Origin: a virus
Taxonomy: Duplodnaviria; Caudoviricetes
Direction: 5' to 3' (one strand)
DNA length: 64,000 nucleotides
Virus record (IMG/VR): IMGVR_UViG_2765235885_000002
Span: 1,689-65,688 of that record
The notes under the pieces were generated by a model. The model was given only the letters and a program-made list of their open reading frames with translations. It was not told the origin of the DNA and ran no database searches. The translations under genes and the position numbers were made by a program. Below, one piece after another: positions 53,360 through 62,036 of this stretch (positions within the stretch are counted from its first letter, which is position 1; each line of letters begins with the position of its first letter).

Positions 53360-53682
53360 GCGGCCACCCGCTTGGCGGCGGCACGCATCGCGTTCACGAC
53401 GTCGGACTTATCCCGATCCAGACCGTCATTCCACGTCACCAGTTCCTGACCTACGAGCTCCTCGAGCGCCTTAAATGCATCCGTGATCCCGAATCCTGTG
53501 TCGGCCGGATCTTCGTAGTCGTCGGGCCGCCCGTCTTCGTCGTACTTGAAAGAACCACCACCGGCGAGGATGATCGCGCCGACCGTGCACAGGCATCCGG
53601 CTTCGTCCTGGAACTGTCCGCGTGTCCAACCCTTCACCTCGATCAGGTCAGCGGCCTTGGTCAACACTTCCTGTGCGTTCAT
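53356..53682 (-). CDS. DUF6197-like protein
   Basis: AADLIE..GW.RG....G.LC.VGAI...WND...R. Confidence 0.65.
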   Translation of the reverse strand: MNAQEVLTKAADLIEVKGWTRGQFQDEAGCLCTVGAIILAGGGSFKYDEDGRPDDYEDPADTGFGITDAFKALEELVGQELVTWNDGLDRDKSDVVNAMRAAAKRVAA

Positions 53683-54197
53683 GCTGCGTCACCTGGCTCT
53701 GGTCGGGCCTCGATAGCCAAGACGTCGACGAGGTCGAGTTCGCCGGACTGCCACATCCCACGCACGAGCGGCACCAGATTCTTCGACGGCGTGAACCGTG
53801 CCGACGCCGGCCGCGCCGCAGGAACGACGACATCGATGCCGGGCTTCTGCGGCTCCCCCGCCTTGTGCGCGGCGAGCGCTGCGGCCTCGAGGTCCTTCCG
53901 GGCCCAGTCTTTGATCACGTACCGCACCTCGACGGCGTCCTCGTTTTCCTCGAGGAGCCACGGCAGGATTTCCTCATCCCGCAGTTCGGGTTTCGGTTTC
54001 GGCTGAGTCGGTTTCGGGACCGTCGCATACCCGAGCTCCTCCCGGGTGTCGGGGTCTGCGGACGTGTACAGGTATTCGGTGCCGCGCGGCAGGTCCGCTT
54101 GTAGTGCTTTCTTCGCTGCGTTGATCGCATCGTCTGCGATCTGCTTCACCGCGGTGCCCGCCGCGATGGTGCGGAGTAGTTTCTGTCGGTCGTTCAC
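53679..54197 (-). CDS. Hypothetical protein
   Basis: GAGGAG RBS before GTG 54197. Confidence 0.7.
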   Translation of the reverse strand: MNDRQKLLRTIAAGTAVKQIADDAINAAKKALQADLPRGTEYLYTSADPDTREELGYATVPKPTQPKPKPELRDEEILPWLLEENEDAVEVRYVIKDWARKDLEAAALAAHKAGEPQKPGIDVVVPAARPASARFTPSKNLVPLVRGMWQSGELDLVDVLAIEARPEPGDAA

Positions 54198-54833
54198 GAG
54201 ATCTCCTCGGGTGGTCATCGAAGGTTGCGGGTGACGGTGGCGGCAACTTGGTCGGCGAAGGTCTCTTTGACCGCCTCTTTGAGCTGCTGCTTGGCCTGTT
54301 GGGTGGCGTCGGCGACGGCCTGCTGTAGCTCGCCTTTCATCACCTGGGCGACTTGCTGGCCGACCACATAAGAGAGCCACGTGGTGCCGTCTCGGTTGCC
54401 GTACATGTCGACTTCACCGCGGCTGTTGACCTTGCTCTTGAGCTGGTCCTGGGCCTGCTTGGTGATCATCTCTTTGAGCGTCGTGGTTTCACCGGTGCGA
54501 TCGCCGAAGCGGTTGGTCGGCACGATCGGGTTGGCGATGACCTCCCGCAGGATGGCCTCCACCTGCGCCTGCACGGTGTCGCGCAACTCCTGGCTGATGA
54601 ACTGACGAATCTCTTTCGAGAGGTCGACGTAGAGCTTGTCGGCGACGATCTTCTGAATGATTTCGCGCGGACCAGCGAACGGCTCGGGCTGCTCCAGATC
54701 TGGGTCGCCGCTGTACGGCAAGTTCGGCCACATCGTCTCGATGAGCTTGGCTGGATCGAAAGTGAAGCTGATGGGGGCCAGCGCTTCTCCGCTGACACGG
54801 CTGTCTTCGGCGTTTGTCACGAGTTCTCCTCGG
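54194..54833. repeat. 17-bp near-perfect direct repeat flanking one gene
   Basis: TCACGAGATCTCCTCGG (54194-54210) vs TCACGAGTTCTCCTCGG (54817-54833). Confidence 0.8.
54215..54820 (-). CDS. Coiled-coil hypothetical protein
   Basis: GAGGAG RBS before GTG 54820. Confidence 0.7.
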   Translation of the reverse strand: MTNAEDSRVSGEALAPISFTFDPAKLIETMWPNLPYSGDPDLEQPEPFAGPREIIQKIVADKLYVDLSKEIRQFISQELRDTVQAQVEAILREVIANPIVPTNRFGDRTGETTTLKEMITKQAQDQLKSKVNSRGEVDMYGNRDGTTWLSYVVGQQVAQVMKGELQQAVADATQQAKQQLKEAVKETFADQVAATVTRNLR

Positions 54834-54909
54834 AAATGGTTTGGGTAGGAATGGTTTCGGTGTCCCACCGCGAAGCGGGATCCTCGAATGGGTCGAAGTC
54901 AGACGGCAC
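54817..54909 (-). CDS. Micro-ORF (30 aa)
   Basis: GAGGTG RBS; GTGA coupling. Confidence 0.35.
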   Translation of the reverse strand: MPSDFDPFEDPASRWDTETIPTQTISEENS

Positions 54910-55093
54910 GGGTGACCACCTCGACCGGAAGTTCGACCACAGCGACAGGGCAGGGAGTGGGGCCGTGCCACAGGACGCCAGCGCGGTGGTCATCGACGAT
55001 GAACTCGCGGCCCAGGCGGCCGATCTCGCGGAATCGGGTACCCGGGTCCAGACGCCATAGGGACTGCTCGTCCCAGACCATGCGCCCGGTCAT
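54899..55093 (-). CDS. Hypothetical protein
   Basis: ATGA coupling. Confidence 0.55.
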   Translation of the reverse strand: MTGRMVWDEQSLWRLDPGTRFREIGRLGREFIVDDHRAGVLWHGPTPCPVAVVELPVEVVTRAV

Positions 55094-55296
55094 GGCAGCC
55101 ACAGGATCGTGATCGGATAGCCGTCCAACTCGTCCGGCCGCAGAGGCGTCGGATCGCCCGTCTCGAACCACTCTTCCGGGCCTTCGTCGTCACCCATGAA
55201 CGCCTTCACCGCGACCTGCGCTGTGTCGGTGCGGATCACAGCCCCGACGGGAAGCGTGGGGAGGATGTCGACGGTGACGGTGTCGCCGGCGTTCAC
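55090..55296 (-). CDS. Hypothetical protein
   Basis: GGAGG RBS; GTGA coupling. Confidence 0.6.
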   Translation of the reverse strand: MNAGDTVTVDILPTLPVGAVIRTDTAQVAVKAFMGDDEGPEEWFETGDPTPLRPDELDGYPITILWLP

Positions 55297-55538
55297 AGGG
55301 TGCCTCCGGTCCACACGTAGTGGATCGCCCAGCACAGCAGCACGAGGCAGCCCCAGATGACGAACTTCGACCACGGATCGAGGCGGTCATCCTTCGGGAA
55401 CGCGGCATCGACCTCTTCGACCTCGTACGGGTCTTCGTCCGCTTCCGTGTACGTCGGGCCGGTGGTGGAGGACACGAGCCGCAGATGCCGCGGCACCGCG
55501 GTGATCACGCCGCGATCCACCTCGAGGAAGTCGCTCAT
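55293..55538 (-). CDS. Membrane protein (C-terminal TM)
   Basis: FVIWGCLVLLCWAIHY. Confidence 0.6.
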   Translation of the reverse strand: MSDFLEVDRGVITAVPRHLRLVSSTTGPTYTEADEDPYEVEEVDAAFPKDDRLDPWSKFVIWGCLVLLCWAIHYVWTGGTL

Positions 55539-55921
55539 GCTGCGGCCCTCGCTTCTTCGATCAGTTCTTTCATGCGGCGATAAGCGTTCGGTGCCCCCGC
55601 TGTACGGCTCGGGCTGTTGTCGATGCAGCCCGGCCAGTCCTGCTCGCAGAGCGCAACGATTTCGTCCCAGTGGTCGACGAGATTCCGCCACACAGGCGAG
55701 ATGTCACCAACCGCCGACATGTGCAGCCGGGCGAGAGGGACCGCACGGAACAACCGCTCGCAGCGACGGAAATCGCTGGGGTCGTGTGGGTGTGAGTCGA
55801 ACTGACTCCACTTGGTGATCGGCACACCGGACAGGTGAGAGGCGATTTTCTCGGAGCTGATGCCCCTCTCCCCTGTTGCGAGCCACATCGTGAAGTGTTC
55901 GATTGGGACCAGAGCGTTCAT
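55535..55921 (-). CDS. Hypothetical protein
   Basis: WLATGERGISS...PHDPSDF.RC motif; AGGAG RBS. Confidence 0.7.
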   Translation of the reverse strand: MNALVPIEHFTMWLATGERGISSEKIASHLSGVPITKWSQFDSHPHDPSDFRRCERLFRAVPLARLHMSAVGDISPVWRNLVDHWDEIVALCEQDWPGCIDNSPSRTAGAPNAYRRMKELIEEARAAA

Positions 55922-56181
55922 GCTGCTTCTCCTTCGGACCATGCCGCGGCGACTGGGCCGGCAGCTTCGATGTCGAGTGGGGCACGCCGCGTCCTCGGCG
56001 GCAGCCCGCCGTAACGCCGCACCGCGGACCGCGGCACCCGAGCCAACAGGCGATTACGGGGCAGATCGGCGAGGACAATGACGTACTCGGTGTCGGTGGA
56101 TTCGGCGATGTCGACGGGTGTGCCGTGGGCGTAGATCCCCCACTGCGTCGTCACATCGACAGCCAGGACCTGGGCGCTCAT
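55918..56181 (-). CDS. Hypothetical protein
   Basis: ATGA coupling. Confidence 0.6.
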   Translation of the reverse strand: MSAQVLAVDVTTQWGIYAHGTPVDIAESTDTEYVIVLADLPRNRLLARVPRSAVRRYGGLPPRTRRAPLDIEAAGPVAAAWSEGEAA

Positions 56182-56639
56182 GCCGCCACCCGCTGCATAG
56201 ACTTCGCGTACCGGTCATGCATCACCAAAGTCCCGGCGACGGCGACGTTCATCGACTGCACCGACGGTGTCGGGATCTGCACGATCCGATGGCACCTGTC
56301 CAGCACCGCCGGTGGCAGACCGCGGTCTTCAGCACCGAGCAGGTACAGGGCGCGGTCGTCGTGATGGAACGATTCGTCGAGCAGTTTCGCGCGCGGGTCG
56401 AGTTCCACGCCGATGATTGGGCAGCCGTGCGGCAGGTGCCGCACCAGATCGTCGAAGTCCGCGTAGTGGATCAGTGGTATGCGGCGGTCCACCTTGCTGG
56501 TGTCCGACGCCTGATGCCGGTACCGGAGACCGACTGTTCCGACGAACGCTGCCCCGTAGAGGTTCGCGTGCCGCCACAGAGTGCCGACGTTCGATTCCGT
56601 TTTCGGATGCCACACCGCGATCCCGAAGTAGCCACTCAT
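56178..56639 (-). CDS. SPOUT-family RNA 2'-O-methyltransferase (TrmH/TrmL-like)
   Basis: PK..SNVGTLWR.A (motif 1), LLGAEDRGL (motif 2), V.IP....SMNVAVAG..V (motif 3). Confidence 0.9.
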   Translation of the reverse strand: MSGYFGIAVWHPKTESNVGTLWRHANLYGAAFVGTVGLRYRHQASDTSKVDRRIPLIHYADFDDLVRHLPHGCPIIGVELDPRAKLLDESFHHDDRALYLLGAEDRGLPPAVLDRCHRIVQIPTPSVQSMNVAVAGTLVMHDRYAKSMQRVAA

Positions 56640-57058
56640 GCTGGCACCTCAGCTGGGAACCATTCCTCTGCCAGCTCTTTGAAAATGAGCGCTTTCCCGG
56701 TGTCGACGTTGGCGATGCCGACTGCTACCTGCCCGAGATGAATGCGCGACTCGCTGTGCGGGTACAGAACTAGGACGCGGCTACCGGGCAGCTTCTCCCA
56801 CCGCTCCACGCCGACCGTCGCCATCACCTGCATCAGCCATTGCAGGCCGAACGCGTGACCGACGCGGCGGCCCTTCTCCTTGTCGTACTGATCGAGGCCG
56901 TAACCACCGACACCCGTCCCGCCGCCATCGCCCTTGCAATGCAGCATCGCGGACATGATCCCGTGGTCCTCGATGCCGAGGCGGGTGGACTCGATCGTCA
57001 TCACGTCGGCGCTATACGTCACGCCTTCGTGGACGACGTTGACGTTCAGTGCGTTCAT
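56636..57058 (-). CDS. Hypothetical protein
   Basis: ATGA coupling. Confidence 0.7.
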   Translation of the reverse strand: MNALNVNVVHEGVTYSADVMTIESTRLGIEDHGIMSAMLHCKGDGGGTGVGGYGLDQYDKEKGRRVGHAFGLQWLMQVMATVGVERWEKLPGSRVLVLYPHSESRIHLGQVAVGIANVDTGKALIFKELAEEWFPAEVPA

Positions 57059-57342
57059 GCCGCACCCACTGCGGCGGATGGGATCTCAGACAGGTGCACG
57101 ATGTGCCCGATGCCGCGCAGCTTCCCGTACACAACCTCGTCATCGACGGGCAGCCCCTTGACGCCGGCACGGACCGCGTATTTCAAAGCTGCTGGGTTGC
57201 CCTGAGCGAACATCCAAGAGCCGGCCGAGTGCACCCGATCCCAGTAGTCCTCGATCGTGTACTCCCCGACGCCGATGCCGTCGATACCGATGTTGACGGT
57301 CTGGCCCGACAGTGGATGCGGTGCCTCGTGTATTGCGTTCAT
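57055..57342 (-). CDS. Hypothetical protein
   Basis: ATGA coupling. Confidence 0.7.
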   Translation of the reverse strand: MNAIHEAPHPLSGQTVNIGIDGIGVGEYTIEDYWDRVHSAGSWMFAQGNPAALKYAVRAGVKGLPVDDEVVYGKLRGIGHIVHLSEIPSAAVGAA

Positions 57343-57623
57343 TCGTTTCTCGTTTCGTTTGGGGTGCCGGGAGCAGTGGCGAGACCGCTCACCGGCACCA
57401 AGGAACCCGCGCCACCCAGCCCGGCGGCAGCAGGAAGAACAGGAAGGGAGTCCCAGAACCTCGGTAAGATCCGGGTCAGTGAAACCTGAAGCGCGGCAGT
57501 GATTGCGTCCGCGGTGATCTGAATCAAGTTCGGGATCATGACACCGACGATCAGGGCGTCCAGGTCGCAGTCCGCGCCCATCGGGTAGCCGTCGTAGACC
57601 TCACCACGAGCGATGAAGGTCAT
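57339..57623 (-). CDS. Hypothetical protein
   Basis: ATGA coupling. Confidence 0.5.
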   Translation of the reverse strand: MTFIARGEVYDGYPMGADCDLDALIVGVMIPNLIQITADAITAALQVSLTRILPRFWDSLPVLPAAAGLGGAGSLVPVSGLATAPGTPNETRNE

Positions 57624-57808
57624 CGCGGCACCGCCCCATACAAGGCACGCCACTTCATGCACTGCGACTCAGCCTTGCTCCGCCACCAGAACGTTCGACT
57701 CTTGATGCAACGGCCATCCCTGTACAGGCGCGCCTCATAGGTGTTCGGGATACCGGGAGCGCCGAAGACGTTGAACAACTGGCTGTAGCTGAACGTGTAC
57801 TCGCTCAT
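57620..57808 (-). CDS. Hypothetical protein
   Basis: ATGA coupling. Confidence 0.55.
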   Translation of the reverse strand: MSEYTFSYSQLFNVFGAPGIPNTYEARLYRDGRCIKSRTFWWRSKAESQCMKWRALYGAVPR

Positions 57809-57906
57809 CCCGTCACCTGCCAGAGTGGTGAGGCGGCCAGACCGCCGACGAGGATGCCCGCGAGGATCAGGTGGGGACGGAGACGGTGGAGGGTGCGGCG
57901 GATCAT
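57805..57906 (-). CDS. Micro membrane peptide (33 aa), not in ORF track
   Basis: GGAGG RBS; MIRRTLHRLRPHLILAGILVGGLAASPLWQVTG; ATGA both ends. Confidence 0.55.
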   Translation of the reverse strand: MIRRTLHRLRPHLILAGILVGGLAASPLWQVTG

Positions 57907-58100
57907 GACGCGGCCTCCGCTTCGGCGAGAAGCATTGCCGCAAGACGCCGATGCCCATCCGGACTCGTCAGCTCACCGAGCGAATGCCCGACAACAAACT
58001 CCGCCGGCACCGCAACCCAAACCTCGGGCGGGTACGTGTCGTCTTTGTTCCCGTCTCCATCCCATCCGCCGATAGAAGCACCGTGAATGCGGGCCCTCAT
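57903..58100 (-). CDS. Hypothetical protein
   Basis: ATGA coupling. Confidence 0.55.
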   Translation of the reverse strand: MRARIHGASIGGWDGDGNKDDTYPPEVWVAVPAEFVVGHSLGELTSPDGHRRLAAMLLAEAEAAS

Positions 58101-58432
58101 GCGACAACCGCCGATCGCATGTTCTTCCCGCACCGAACGCAGCGAGCCGAGATGATGCGAACACTCTCCGCCGTGAGCCCTGGCCCGATACCGCTGAATC
58201 GCTTTCGCACTGAGAGGTTCTCGTGGGTGCAGTCGAACAGCACGCTGCGGCCATACCGATCAGCGCACGAGCGACATTCAGCGATGCGTACAGGATGCCC
58301 CGCGTCGTCCGCGTACCCGCTGTTATCACCGGGGAACGTGGTGTGCTCGATGTACATGTCTCCGACGTCAATACGATTGCCGCAGCTGCACTTGCGTTGC
58401 TTGCGGCTCTTGCGTGGAACTGTCGTGTTCAC
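58097..58432 (-). CDS. Cys-rich putative Zn-binding protein
   Basis: CSCG...C.SC...C.H...C.RCG. Confidence 0.65.
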   Translation of the reverse strand: MNTTVPRKSRKQRKCSCGNRIDVGDMYIEHTTFPGDNSGYADDAGHPVRIAECRSCADRYGRSVLFDCTHENLSVRKRFSGIGPGLTAESVRIISARCVRCGKNMRSAVVA

Positions 58433-58896
58433 GCGATCACCTCGATGGGTGTCTCATCGCGGGCGATGGACTCGGATGGGATGTACCTGCCATCCGTGGC
58501 GGACCATCGAGTGTTTCCGACGACGTTGATGATCTTGACGGCGAGAGAGATGCGGATCGGGTCGCCCGTCGTCCAACGGATCTGCGCACCTTCCGGCAGT
58601 GCGTCCAGTGCATCCCGGACCGTCTCCCAATCCCCCTCGAGCACGAGGGGTTCCAGCTCCCGGACACGAGCGATGAGAGCAGGGACATCGGTGCGAGAGT
58701 GGGCGATGAAGTCCGCATCCGTCGATACCAGGTAGGGATCCTCGAATACGCACTCAGATTCCGGGATTGCGGACGAGCCGATACCGCGTGTCCTGGTCGA
58801 GTGGTCGTTGGACCATCCGTCGTAGACATTCCACGGGCCGTCGGTCGCCTTGCTTGCGCGTGCTTCGAGCGCGTCGAGGTCGAGTGGTTCACTCAT
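58429..58896 (-). CDS. Ead/Ea22-like domain protein
   Basis: LDALEARASKATDGPW...FIAHSRTDVPALIARVRELE. Confidence 0.75.
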   Translation of the reverse strand: MSEPLDLDALEARASKATDGPWNVYDGWSNDHSTRTRGIGSSAIPESECVFEDPYLVSTDADFIAHSRTDVPALIARVRELEPLVLEGDWETVRDALDALPEGAQIRWTTGDPIRISLAVKIINVVGNTRWSATDGRYIPSESIARDETPIEVIA

Positions 58897-59079
58897 GCCG
58901 ACATCACCGCCAACCCCGTCACGCCCACGATCAACAGCACCGCGACCACAACCGACAGGACACCCAACCCCAGAATCCGGGCATCAGACTCATGCCGAGC
59001 CCACTGATCGTTACGGATCTCCCGACGATGCCGAGCACGAACCTTCGGGTAATCGATATCGCTCATGCCGACACCACCG
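58892..59079. repeat. 18-bp near-perfect direct repeat flanking one small gene
   Basis: CTCATGCCGACATCACCG (58892-58909) vs CTCATGCCGACACCACCG (59062-59079). Confidence 0.8.
58893..59066 (-). CDS. Small membrane protein (57 aa)
   Basis: C-terminal TM; ATGA both ends. Confidence 0.65.
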   Translation of the reverse strand: MSDIDYPKVRARHRREIRNDQWARHESDARILGLGVLSVVVAVLLIVGVTGLAVMSA

Positions 59080-59548
59080 ATGGCTCGAAGGCCGCGATCA
59101 CGTCGAGGTTCCAAATGCAGCCCGACGCGCAATCCCAACCCCAGTACCACTGCGGGCCATTGTGGCGCTGGGACCACTGATACGGGGCGATGATGATGCC
59201 ATCGAACTCCCCGTACAGGCGGGGCCAATCGACCTCGAATCGGTATGTCCGCGAGGCGTATGTGGACTCGATGCCGTACTCGCTGTCGAACGCGACCAGA
59301 TCGTTGACGGTCGTAAGGCGCAGAATGTTCGCGGAGTCCGACAGTGTCACCACATGCGGAACTGCAAGGGCGTCAACGGCATATTCCTCGAGTCGGCACC
59401 ACGATTCCCAGTCGTCCTCGCCAGCGACCGAGACCCACAACCCGGTCGGCTTGTCGGTGCGCTGGTGTTCCTTGCTGTAGTCGAACCCACGAGCCAGCTT
59501 GAGGGCCGTTGAGTGGTAGTGCACGAGTGCACCGTTTTCGATGGTCAT
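59063..59548 (-). CDS. Hypothetical protein, possibly ADP-ribosyltransferase-like fold
   Basis: VHYH...KPTGLWVS...VDW..L...FDGII...GWDCAS pattern; fold is inference. Confidence 0.5.
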   Translation of the reverse strand: MTIENGALVHYHSTALKLARGFDYSKEHQRTDKPTGLWVSVAGEDDWESWCRLEEYAVDALAVPHVVTLSDSANILRLTTVNDLVAFDSEYGIESTYASRTYRFEVDWPRLYGEFDGIIIAPYQWSQRHNGPQWYWGWDCASGCIWNLDVIAAFEPSVVSA

Positions 59549-59823
59549 GCCTTCACTCCCAACTCTTCGATGACCTGAGCGAGCGCCAACCACTGCGCCC
59601 GATACGTCTCCCGCAACGAGTTCTGCGACTTCCGTGCTGCCGCAGCCATATCCCGCGCCCGACCGATCGCATTCGGAAACAGGTTGGTGTTGAACACAGT
59701 TCGCACACCGTCATCCGTCACAGCCGCAAACACAGGCAGTGGACCGAACCCCGACCGGCGCGGGCACTCGGTGACAGTGACGTCCATTCCGTTGACGGTG
59801 ATGACACGAGAGGCGGCACTCAT
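59545..59823 (-). CDS. Hypothetical protein
   Basis: ATGA coupling. Confidence 0.6.
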   Translation of the reverse strand: MSAASRVITVNGMDVTVTECPRRSGFGPLPVFAAVTDDGVRTVFNTNLFPNAIGRARDMAAAARKSQNSLRETYRAQWLALAQVIEELGVKA

Positions 59824-60329
59824 GGCTTCCCCCCAACGACGGCAACCCAAGGAACCGGCTCACTGTCAGCACGCAAGTACAACGGGTGCCGAGGTGCACC
59901 GTTCTTTGTAATGCCCAGGCACAACAGACGATTCGACCCCGGCATTGCGGCGACCTGACGAACGCGATCGAGCCGTGCATTCGCACCCCAGGCCGCAATC
60001 ACCAGACCAGGACGACCCAAAGCGACTCGCAACGCAGTGTCGTTCTCGGGGCCGACCGGGTCATCAACGGTCCACAAATCCTGAGGTCTGGTTGCCCGGT
60101 ACGCGTAGAGATTCACGACATGGATGCCGTCGTAACCAAGCGTCCGAGCGAACCCGCAGCACCGACGGATAGTAGGGTCATCCTGCGACGCATCTGCAGT
60201 CGACGGATTGAGCATCACGAAGGTGAGCCAAAGGCCGCCACCCCATACTCGGCGAAGTGTGTATCGATACCGTCCATCGGACGACAACGAGGCCGAGCTC
60301 TCCACGCGTTCTGCACTTGGGGCGCTCAT
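59820..60329 (-). CDS. DUF1643 family protein
   Basis: YRY.L.R.W...VMLNPSTAD...DDPTIRRC...VVNLYAYRAT...AAWG...G.PRHPLY. Confidence 0.88.
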   Translation of the reverse strand: MSAPSAERVESSASLSSDGRYRYTLRRVWGGGLWLTFVMLNPSTADASQDDPTIRRCCGFARTLGYDGIHVVNLYAYRATRPQDLWTVDDPVGPENDTALRVALGRPGLVIAAWGANARLDRVRQVAAMPGSNRLLCLGITKNGAPRHPLYLRADSEPVPWVAVVGGKP

Positions 60330-60709
60330 GCGGCACCTGCCTTACGGGCTTCGCTATCAAGGAAGCATCGATCCATCCCGGTGACGACGTCTTCCTCGGC
60401 ACCAGTGCGCAGGTTCTCCAGGAACGCGAGCACACGATCTTTCGGATGCGACTGCGGATACTTCTCCGTCGGCTTGTCGTTGACGCCCGCACCGATCACG
60501 TACGACGACGACCAGGTGGACTCGAACTGATCCATCGCATCCATGCCCAGTACGTCGGCGACATGCGAGAGGACGCAATGTTTCGTTTGGCACGGGCTAC
60601 GGAACGTTGGCCCCTCCCACCACGAATCAGGATCAGTAGCGCGAACCAGTTCCGTGACGTCGGCGAGCAACTTCATCGCCTCGGCATCGCTCGCAAGTGC
60701 TGCGCTCAT
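60326..60709 (-). CDS. Hypothetical protein
   Basis: ATGA coupling. Confidence 0.65.
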   Translation of the reverse strand: MSAALASDAEAMKLLADVTELVRATDPDSWWEGPTFRSPCQTKHCVLSHVADVLGMDAMDQFESTWSSSYVIGAGVNDKPTEKYPQSHPKDRVLAFLENLRTGAEEDVVTGMDRCFLDSEARKAGAA

Positions 60710-60963
60710 TCGGCACCACCTAACGGGCCGCGACTCAAATCCGAACGCGCAGCACGAGACCGAGGCGACGCCAGCCCCGTCACATCCCGGATCACGCAAT
60801 CCTCGATGTCAGAGTTCGCGGTGATCATGTTCTTGACGGCACCCTGCTTCGACGCGTAGTCCTCAGTGGCAGCACCGACGACACGGTGGTTGCCGGCGCG
60901 GCGAGTCCACCGGAAACCGATGCCGCGAGCGCCATAGAGGGTGATGACATGCGGGGCACTCAT
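60706..60963 (-). CDS. DUF1508/YegP-like protein
   Basis: FRW.RRAGN.RVV...E.Y..K.GA..N. Confidence 0.65.
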   Translation of the reverse strand: MSAPHVITLYGARGIGFRWTRRAGNHRVVGAATEDYASKQGAVKNMITANSDIEDCVIRDVTGLASPRSRAARSDLSRGPLGGAE

Positions 60964-61190
60964 GCGGACCTCCGCAACCGGCGCGCGGGAGCCTCACCAG
61001 CGACCCACGCATCCAGATCGTCGACGTGGATCAGCCATGAGCCCTGCGGCTCCACCAACTGGCGGCCACGAAGACCACTACCTGGCTTCGCCTGCTCAGC
61101 CCACAACGCCTTGTACACGGAATTACGATGGCGGCGAACACGATCCGCCGCTTCCTGCACCGTCAGCCACGGTGACGTCGCGACGCTCAT
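60960..61190 (-). CDS. Excisionase-like HTH DNA-binding protein
   Basis: WLTVQEAADRVRRH...W.I...DLDAW. Confidence 0.8.
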   Translation of the reverse strand: MSVATSPWLTVQEAADRVRRHRNSVYKALWAEQAKPGSGLRGRQLVEPQGSWLIHVDDLDAWVAGEAPARRLRRSA

Positions 61191-61981
61191 GCCGTCGCCT
61201 CCAGTCGCTCAAGCAACCGCGACATTCCCTTGGGTGTAACCCGGACCTGGGGGCAGCGGATGTGCACACCACCGTCGTCGTCGACCCACTCGCCGGTCGG
61301 CTTCTCCGCCAGAACGCCGGAGTCCTTCGCGGACTGGTACGCGCGAGGCCGACCCTTGCTGTCCTGGAAGGTCCAGCGCATCATCCGCAGCGTCTCGAAC
61401 AGTCGCTTCTCGCCGGTCTCGATACCCGCACGACTGAGAACACCCGCACACTCGGACACCGAGTAGTCACCATCGGCCGAAAGGAAGTTGTCGAACTTCG
61501 CAGCCTTGGGTGCGAGTTCGCCGATCCGGTTTTCCTGCTCGGCTATAAGTTCTTGCATCGCATGCATGCCGATCGCGAGACGATCCTCACGAGTCATTGC
61601 AGCGGGCGCGGTCTCGGCCTCACGTGTGCGGATCGCGAAGTAGGACTGCGCCGCAGCGATTGCAGGCTTCCTCGGATCGCCATTCATTACGACGAGATAC
61701 GCACCGAAACGCGAGAGCTGGTAGTCGTCCGACGAACGCTGTGCCCCGCTACCGATCTCGACCATTTTGCTGACGCCGACAAAATGATCCTGAGCTGGAC
61801 TTCCACTGTTCTCGCACGCAATCTTTGCGCGATCGAGGGCGGCCGCGAAGTTGCGCCATGTCTCGTACTCGACGGCCTTCGAGAGCTCACGGGCCGACCA
61901 GTACTCCGAGCCGTCTGCTCGAACACGACGAATCGCGTCGAACGGGGATGGCTCCCCATGTCGTACCATTGGTACTGACAT
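61187..61981 (-). CDS. Antirepressor (DinD/BRO-like N-domain + KilAC C-domain)
   Basis: EYWSAREL...Y..WRNF...LSRFGAYLV.MNGDPRK; APKAAKFD.F...GEKRLF..LR. Confidence 0.88.
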   Translation of the reverse strand: MSVPMVRHGEPSPFDAIRRVRADGSEYWSARELSKAVEYETWRNFAAALDRAKIACENSGSPAQDHFVGVSKMVEIGSGAQRSSDDYQLSRFGAYLVVMNGDPRKPAIAAAQSYFAIRTREAETAPAAMTREDRLAIGMHAMQELIAEQENRIGELAPKAAKFDNFLSADGDYSVSECAGVLSRAGIETGEKRLFETLRMMRWTFQDSKGRPRAYQSAKDSGVLAEKPTGEWVDDDGGVHIRCPQVRVTPKGMSRLLERLEATA

Positions 61982-62036
61982 TGATCCTCATTTCTGTGTC
62001 GTTGCCGTCACCTGTTCGCCCAGGTGGCGGCGTTTT

